Shown in pieces: positions 52,645 to 64,000 of a DNA stretch of 64,000 nucleotides. Below the pieces are notes generated by a model. It did no database searches and was not told where the DNA came from. It saw only the letters and a list, made by a program, of their open reading frames with translations. Source of the DNA: the human T2T-CHM13v2.0 reference genome, Homo sapiens. The stretch lies in NCBI RefSeq assembly GCF_009914755.1, contig NC_060931.1; one strand, 5' to 3'. Made by a program: the position numbers and the translations under genes. How positions within the stretch are numbered: position 1 is the stretch's first letter; each line of letters begins with the position of its first letter.

Positions 52645-54155
52645 AGTTGTACTAGGGTTCTCCAGAGGGACAGAATCAATTGGATACATGTATATGAAAA
52701 AGGGAGTTTATTAGAGAGAATCGGTTCACAGGATTACAAGGCAAAGTCCCACAATAGGCTGTCTGCAAGCTGGGGAAAGAGAGAAGCTGGTGGTGGCTCA
52801 GTCCAAGTCCAAAAGCCTCAAAACCAGGGAAGCCCACAGTGCAAACTTCAGTCTCAGGCTCAGGGCCTGAGAGCCTCGGGGAAGCTGCTGGTGCAAGTCC
52901 CAGAGTCCAAAGGCAGAAGAACCTGGAGTCTGATGTCCAAGTGAAGGGGTGGGTTGCCCCTCCACACCTGTGGGTGTTTTAATTAGGTGAAACGAGAGAC
53001 CTGGAAAAGAAAGAGACACAGAGACAAAGTATAGAGAAAGAAAAAGGGAGCCCAGGGGACCGGCGTTCAGCACACGGAGGATCCCACTGGCCTCTGAGTT
53101 CCCTTAGTATTTATTGATCATTATTGGGTGTTTCTCAGAGAGGGGGATGTGGCAGGGTCATAGGATAATAGTGGAGAGAAGGACAGCAGGTAAACACGTG
53201 AACAAAGGTCTCAGCATCATAAACAAGGTAAAGAATTAAGTGCTGTGCTTCAGAGATACATACACATAAACATCTCAATGCCTTAAAGAGCAGTATTGCT
53301 GTCCACAGGTCCCATCTCCAGCCCTAAGGTGGTTTTCACCTATCTCAGTAGATGGAATATACAATCGGGTTTTACACCGAGACATTCCATTGCCCAGGGA
53401 CGGGAAGGAGACAGATGCCTTCCTCTTGTCTCAACTGCAAAGAGGCGTTCCTTCCTCTTACTAATCCTCCTCAGCACAGACCCTTTACGGGTGTCGGGCT
53501 GGGGGACAGTCAGGTCTTTCTCTTCCCACGAGGCCATATTTCAGACTATCACATGGGGAGAAACCTTGGACAATACCTGGCTTTCCTAGGCAGAGGTCCC
53601 TGTGGCCTTCCGCAGTGTTTTGTGTCCCTGGGTACTTGAGATTAGGGAGTGGTGATGACTCTTAACAGGCATGCTGCCTTCAAGCATTTGTTTAACAAAG
53701 AACATCCTGCATAACCCTAAATCCATTTAACCCTGAGTTGTTGACACAGCACATGTCTCAGGGAACACAGGTTTGGGGGTAGGGTTACAGATTAAAATGG
53801 AGTCTCTTATGTCTACTTTGTATACAGACACATTAACAATCTGATCTCTCTTTCTTTTTCCCACATCCAAGGTCAGGAGGAATGGAAGCAAGCTTCCTGC
53901 ATGGGAAGAAGAAAAAAAGGCTTCTGGCAGAAGCCTCCACTAGCAAGCCTATCCCACCTTCCTCCGCCTGCTTTGTTCTAGCTGCTCTGGCAGCTGATTG
54001 ACTGGTGCCCACCCACCTTGAGGGTGGGTCTTCCTTCCCAGTCCACCAACTCAAATGTCAGTCTCCTCTGGCAACACCCTCACAAACACACTCAGGAACA
54101 ATACTCTAGGCAGCTGTCAATCCAATCAAGTTGACACCTAATTTTAACCAACATA
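52645..54155 (-). mobile_element. MLT2A/B (ERVL) LTR interrupted by LTR5
   Basis: agggttctccagagggacagaa..ctggagtctgatgtccaag | ..caatccaatcaagttgacacctaa. Confidence 0.87.
52942..53865 (-). mobile_element. HERV-K (HML-2) solo LTR, LTR5B-like
   Basis: tgaaggggtgggttgcccctccacacc..ctttttcccaca; perfect 6-bp TSD TCCAAG at 52936-52941 and 53866-53871. Confidence 0.95.
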
Positions 54156-54639
54156 CAAGATTTATAAGCTAAGTATGTCAATGATGATAAATAAGTGTTG
54201 TGGAGAAAAGCAGAGCAGAGAGGAGAAAAGGAATGCAGAGAAGGGTTTACAAGTTTTAGAAGAATTCATACTTACAGGCCCCTGTTTTCCATAAAAAACA
54301 GGAGGCTCATCTTCTGCAGGTACTGAAGGGCTTGGGATGTTGTGAGGGTGAACTTGAAAATAACAGACAAATATCAGAGTTAATGAGGGGAAAAAGAAAA
54401 GATGAGTGGGCATCATGGTGGTCCAGCAAAGGAGGAAAACCCAAGCATGAATGTGGACTGGCACCATCAGAGAGGGCAGAGCCTCCAATAACATGGGGCA
54501 GTCTGAGAGCCAGAGTCAAGACGTGGGGGAAATGGATCCAGGTTCTGTGTTTGGCACAGTGTGTGTGGAAGAAGGATAAGAGGGCTCGGGAGGACAGGTA
54601 CAGTGAGTGTGCCTCCACAGGGATGCTCTTTTGGTATGT

Positions 54640-55015
54640 TCTATTATTGCTGAAAAATATGCAGTGCCCCTCCCTGGGGGAGGATTATGCTATATCTAGC
54701 CCATTGATATCAGTGTAGCCAGGTGACTTGCTATTGCCAGTGAAATGTGAGTAGAAGTGACAGGTGTTACTTGTGAGCAGAAATTTTAAGAACCACGATG
54801 TAGCTCAACACCAACTTTTTTTCCTCTGCCAGTATTCCAGGTAGGAGCGACTCCCCCAACCAAGGGCCCAGAATGAAAATTATGTAGAGAAGGGTCACAG
54901 CCTACCCATGATCAATATGTAGCTGGAGTGAGCAAACAAACTTTTCTGGTTGTAAGTGTCTGAGACTTGGGAGTCATTTTGTAACTGCAGCATAACCCAA
55001 TCTAAACTGGCTAAT
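54640..55015 (+). mobile_element. Old MLT1 (I/J) LTR
   Basis: gtgacttgctattgccagtgaaatgtgagtagaagtgac..ttgtaactgcagcataaccc. Confidence 0.65.
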
Positions 55016-57187
55016 TCAAGCTTGAATATTTTAAGTTGAAAGGGAAATTAGTAAAGCCATAAGTGACCTAATTTGTTGAGAGCAGTAACAGGAGCTGATG
55101 ATTAGAGGCTTGGTTGCAGGCTATGGGAGAGAAGTATGGGAATGAAAGAGACAGATGAACTGGACATTTTCATGGGTAAGGAATGTATAATTTTACAGTG
55201 TTAAATAAAATGATGAATGTAAGATTATCTAGCTTAGGTCCCTGAACACAATGTGTGTTAAATAAACAAAAGCTTTCTTCAAACAGAATTCCCCTAAGCA
55301 TTTCCAGGTTGTTCCCTGTCCAGACATAGATACACCCTGTGCAGTCATAGATACTGTTGAAAGATTCGGAAATAGGAATCAGGAGCCCTGGAGTAACAGG
55401 CCCCCAGAAAATCAGAGTGGAATTGTTAGTCCAGAAGCTTGACAAACATCCACCTTCATTGTCTTCCAACTGTATCTCTGACTTCCCTCTCCCTAGTTCA
55501 TTACATCCCAGTCATATTGATATCGTTGCTGTTCTTGAACACATTAAGGAGAGGCGAATAGGGTTTTTAGCTGCTGAAAGTTAGACTCGTGGCTAGAGAC
55601 CAGACTAAGTCCTTTTCCTTCATGTGGAGGTTATGATTAGGATTGTCAGAGAGAGTTAGGGTTTAATTTTTTCATTAAACTAATAATATGTTTTGAGTAT
55701 CTATTGCATTATGGGGCATGGAGCTTATTACATTCATGGTGCAGAGGAAGAGGGGGAGTTAACAAGGCACATAAATTACATATATAAATGAAGGTAAGTG
55801 CTATAGAGAAAAATAGAGTAGAGAAGAAAATGCCATAATGGGGCCCGGGCATTGCATTATGTAATATCATCCTATATAGTCTGCTATAGTCCAAATAGTC
55901 TGCTATCATTTGGTTTTCTCATTGGATAAAATGTTGTGAACATCTCTCTGGGATGAAACAAAAACATTCTGTATTGCTGTAGTGAAAGGTCCTCAGAAGG
56001 GAATCATTTTGTCATTCCTGAGGCTTGTTAGATATGACCAACCCATCCACCGCATCTCAGTCATAACTACTCTAAACAACACCCACCAAAGGGGGAAAGG
56101 GCTTGCTGGAATCCAGCCATCAGTACATCCTTGCAGCAGCTGAAGACTCATTTCACTTTTACCCTAACTTGGCCATCATGACAGCACCCAGCCCAATATT
56201 CCAAAGCTAGGTATTTAACACCATAATGGGGACCACTGTTTCCTAGGAGGTACTGAAGGGTTTCAGAGGCTGCAGATACAAATGATGCTTACTGCTATAT
56301 CTGCAGTGCAGAAAGCTGAGAGCAAAAGTGATGAGATATCAAGGCTGCCTCTGTGGTCTGGATGCTTTCTTTAAGAAACTGGCACCAAGTGTAGGCTATA
56401 TGCAGACTGTCCAGATCAATTGTGGCAGACCTTGAAATAACAATCATAGCTACTGTTTATTGAGAGCATTTTGGGTCACCTTTTCAAAGTGATTTATTTT
56501 TGTCCAATGTTAAGTAACCGGCTTAGAAGCTGAACTCACAGGGTATGGCAGGGTCAGCCCCACCCTCAGAAAATCCTTCAGACCAAGCATGTCTCAGCCA
56601 TCAGGCCCCAGCATAGACAGAAAAACACATCTCCCCACGGCATCTGGCTGTGATCTAGAACATCTGGTGACAGGACAAAGGTGAGGAAGACTGACAGGAA
56701 ATTATCAGAGCAAGCAAATAACAGTCTGAAATTCGGGTTTCTCTGTGAGGCTACCTCTGTCCATTTCTATCTCTGAGCATAGTATGTAAAGGAGTTGGTG
56801 TAGTAGTCGAATGGTGGCCCCCCAAAATATATACACATGTCCCAGAACCTGTGAATGTGACTTTACCTGGAAAAAAGCATTTTTGCAGATGTAATTAAGT
56901 GGAGGACTTCAGGATGAGACCACCCTGGATTATCCAGGTGGGCCTTAAATCCAAGGACAAGCGTTCTTTTTTTTTTTTTATTATTATACTTTACAGTTTA
57001 GGGTACATGTGCACGACATGCAGGTTAGTAACATATGTATACAAGTGCCATGTTGGTGTGCTGCACCCACTAACTCGTCATTTAACATTAGGTATATCTC
57101 CGAATGCTATCCCTCCCCTCTCCCCCCACCCCACAACAGGCCCCGGTGTGTAATGTTCCCCTTCCTGTGTCCATGTGTTCTCATTGT

Positions 57188-61024
<3,837 letters not shown>

Positions 61025-61072
61025 TTATTTTGCTCATTAGTTGATGCAGTTTCTTCGTAGCCTTGATGGTCT

Positions 61073-62088
61073 TTACAATTTGGCATGTTTTTGCAATGGC
61101 TGGTACCAGTTGTTCCTTTCCATGTTTACTGCTTCCTTCAGGAGCTCTTGTAAGGTGGGCCTGGTGGTGACAAAATCTCTCAGCATTTGCTTTTTTGTAA
61201 AGCATTTTATTTCTCTTTCACTTATGAAGCTTAGTTTGGCTGGATATGAAATTCTGGATTGAAAATTCTTTTCTTTAAGAATGTTGAATATTGGCCCCCA
61301 CTCTCTTCTGGCTTGCAGATTTTCTGCCAAGAGATCAGCTGTTAGTCTGATGGGCTTCCCTTTGTGGGTAACCCAACCTTTCTCTCTGGCTTCCCTTAAC
61401 ATTTTTTCCTTCATTTCAACTTTGGTGAATCTGACAATTATGTGTCTTGGAGTTGCTCTTCTCGAGGAGTATCTTTGTGGCGTTCTCTGTATTTCCTGAA
61501 TTTGGATGTTGGCCTGCCTTGCTAGATTGGGGAAGTTCTCCTGGATAATATCCTGCAGAGTGTTTTCCAACTTGGTTCCATTCTCCCCGTCACTTTCAGG
61601 TACACTAATCAGATGTAGATTTGGTCTTTTCACATAGTCCCATATTTCTTGGAGGCCTTGTTTGTTTCTTTTTATTCTTTTTTCTCTAAACTTCTCTTCT
61701 TGCTTCATTTCATTCATTTCATGTTCCATCACTGATACCCTTTCTTCCAGTTGATCGAATCGGCTACTGAAGCTTGTGCATTTTTCACGTAGTTCTCGTG
61801 CCTTGGTTTTCAGCTCCAGCAGGTCCTTTAAGGACTTCTCTGCATTGGTTATTCTACTTAGGCATTCGTCTAATTTTTTTCAAGGTTTTTAACTTCTTTG
61901 CCATGGGTTCAAACTTCCTCCTTTAGCTCGGAGTAGTTTGATCATCTGAAGCCTTCTTCTCTCAACTCGTCAAAGTCATTCTCCATCCAGCTTTGTTCTC
62001 TTGCTGGTGAGGAGATGTGTTCCTTTGGAGGAGGAGAGGTGCTCTGATTTTTAGAGTTTCCAGTTTTTCTGCTCTGTTTTTTCCCCAT
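61073..62088 (-). pseudogene. L1 ORF1, disrupted
   Basis: MGKKQSRKTGN start, stop at 61942-61944, later part WDYVKRPNL..AREKG..YPAKLS. Confidence 0.93.
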
Positions 62089-62664
62089 CTTTGTGGTTTT
62101 ATCTACCTTTGGTCTTTGATGATGGTAACATAGAGATGGGGTTTTGGTGTGCATGTCCTTTCTGTTTGTTAGTTTTCCTTGTAACAGTCAGGATCCTCAG
62201 CTGCAGGTCTGTTGGAGTTTGCTGGAGGTCCACTCCAGACCCTGTTTGCCTGGGTATCAGCTGCGGAGGCTGCAGAACAGCAAATACTGGTGAGCAGCAA
62301 ATGTTGCTGCAGGATCATTCCTCCGGAAGTTTTGTCTCAGAGGAGTACCCGGCCGTGTGAGGTGTCAGTCTGCCCCTACTGGGGGGGTGCCTCCCAATTA
62401 GGCTACTCGGGGGTCAGGCACCCAGTTGAGGAGGCACTCTGTCTGTTCTCAGATCTCCAGCTGCATGCTGGGAGAACCACTACTCTCTTCGAAGCTGTCA
62501 GACAGGGACATTTAGGTCTGGAGAGGGTTCTGCTGCCTTTTGTCTGCCTATTCCCTGCCCCCAGAGGTGGAGTCTAAAGAGGCAGGCAGGCCTCCTTGTG
62601 CTGTGGTGGGCTCCACCCAGTTCGAGATTCCTGGCCACTTTGTTTACCTACTCAAGCCTCGGCA

Positions 62665-62925
62665 ATGGTGGGCGCCCCTCCCCCAGTCTTGCTGCCGCCT
62701 TGCAGTTTGATCTCAGACTGCTGTGCTAGCAATGAGCAAGGCTCCGTGGGCACAGGATCCTCTGAGCCAGGCACGGGATATCTCCTGGTGTGCCATTTGC
62801 TAAGACTGTTGGAAAAGCACAGTATTAGGGTGGGAGCGACCCAATTTTCCAGGTGCTGTCTGTCACCCCTTTCTTTGACTAGGAAAGGGAATTCCCTGGC
62901 CCCCTATGCTTCCCAGGTGAGGTGA
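62665..62925 (+). CDS. L1 antisense ORF0 homologue, 86 aa, open
   Basis: GCAATGG context, MVGAPPPVLLPPCSLISDCCASN.., resembles primate L1 ORF0. Confidence 0.55.
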   Translation: MVGAPPPVLLPPCSLISDCCASNEQGSVGTGSSEPGTGYLLVCHLLRLLEKHSIRVGATQFSRCCLSPLSLTRKGNSLAPYASQVR

Positions 62926-63869
62926 TGCCTCGCCCTGCTTTGGCTCGTGCTGGGTGCGCTGCACCCACTGTCCTGCACCCACTTTCCGGCACTCCCCAGT
63001 GAGAAGAGCCCAGTAACTCAGTTAGAAATGCAGAAATCACCCATCTTCTGTGTCGCTCACTCTGGGAGCTCTAGACTGGAGCTGTTCCTATTTGGCCATC
63101 TTGGCTCCACCCCGACAAGTGTTCTTAAAGAGACACACAGAAGGGAAACAGAGAAGGCCACGTGAAGGCAAAGATTGGAGTCATGCAGTCACAAGCCAAG
63201 GAACATCTGGAGCCACCAGAAGATGGAAAAGGCAAGGAAGGGATCTTCCCTAGATGCTTCTTAGGAAGTGTGGCTCTGCTGACACCCTAATGAGAGACTT
63301 CCAGTTTCCAGAACTTCAAGAAAATAAATTTCTGTTGCTTTAAGCCACTTGGTTTGTGGTAATGCATTACAGCAGTCCTAGGAAACTAATACACTTGATG
63401 ACTCTCTTTAGCCTGACCCCACGTTTGATGCCTACCACCGACACAAGAAGAAGCCCAGGCAGCAGCACCACTGCCAATCCTAAATGCCTCTGCAATTGTC
63501 ATGGCCTCCATTTCATGTGCACTCCCTGTCGTATTTAAACTAAGGGATCTCTTGCACCTCCATCCTCCCAACAACCATCGAGGTCAGAGCAAGCTACATA
63601 ATCATTAAAGAGATTCTCCATCTTCATGGACTATTCAGCCAATTAGTCTCCAACCTTCCATTCTGATGGATGCCCCCACTTTGCAAGACACCATTCAAAA
63701 CTATCTATGTAATTACCAGATGCCCTTCTGATACACCCTTCCAGACACCTTGGCTCTTTTACCTGCTCAGATTGCATAGAAATGGGCTACAGTGAATTAG
63801 TAAATTGCTATTTTCCTCTTACAGAATAGCCATTTCCCTGAAAGTTATCATTTCCTCCTCTACATTTTC

Positions 63870-63960
63870 TCAGGTGTCTGCTGCTCTTGACACAGTGCAG
63901 AGCCAAGCACAATGCGTGGCACATAGAAGGCACTCAATAAATGCTTGCCAACTGAATAAC
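63870..63960 (+). mobile_element. L2 3' end
   Basis: tggcacatagaaggcactcaataaatgcttg. Confidence 0.65.
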
Positions 63961-64000
63961 TAGAGGCCAGGCAGCTTAGGAACACCCAGGAGGATAACCT

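Overview
Primate (hominoid, human-like) genomic DNA, almost entirely transposable elements, with no intact protein-coding gene. From left to right: a minus-strand HERV-H provirus (LTR7, His PBS) whose pol is split by a HERV-E provirus (LTR2, Glu PBS) that has no 5' LTR but sits between 4-bp CTAG repeats; MLT/MER/Alu debris; a full-length L1PA3/4 with an SVA inserted in ORF1; exon 1 of a decayed ENPP7-like pseudogene; a deleted, G-to-A hypermutated HERV-S71/HERV-T provirus (LTR6, Thr PBS); solo LTRs of MER4A1, MER11, MER9 and LTR5; and a second full-length L1PA3/4. ENPP7 pseudogene plus HERV-H/E fits my recollection of the OR7E/FAM86/ENPP7P segmental duplication family (not verified). I found no convincing new gene system. 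The best signals are mechanistic fossils: a provirus shaped like a reverse-transcription intermediate, APOBEC3-type editing that switches strand in a 5' U3, and an SVA that carries its donor's target-site duplication. Subfamily calls and consensus comparisons are from memory; boundaries of old repeats are approximate.
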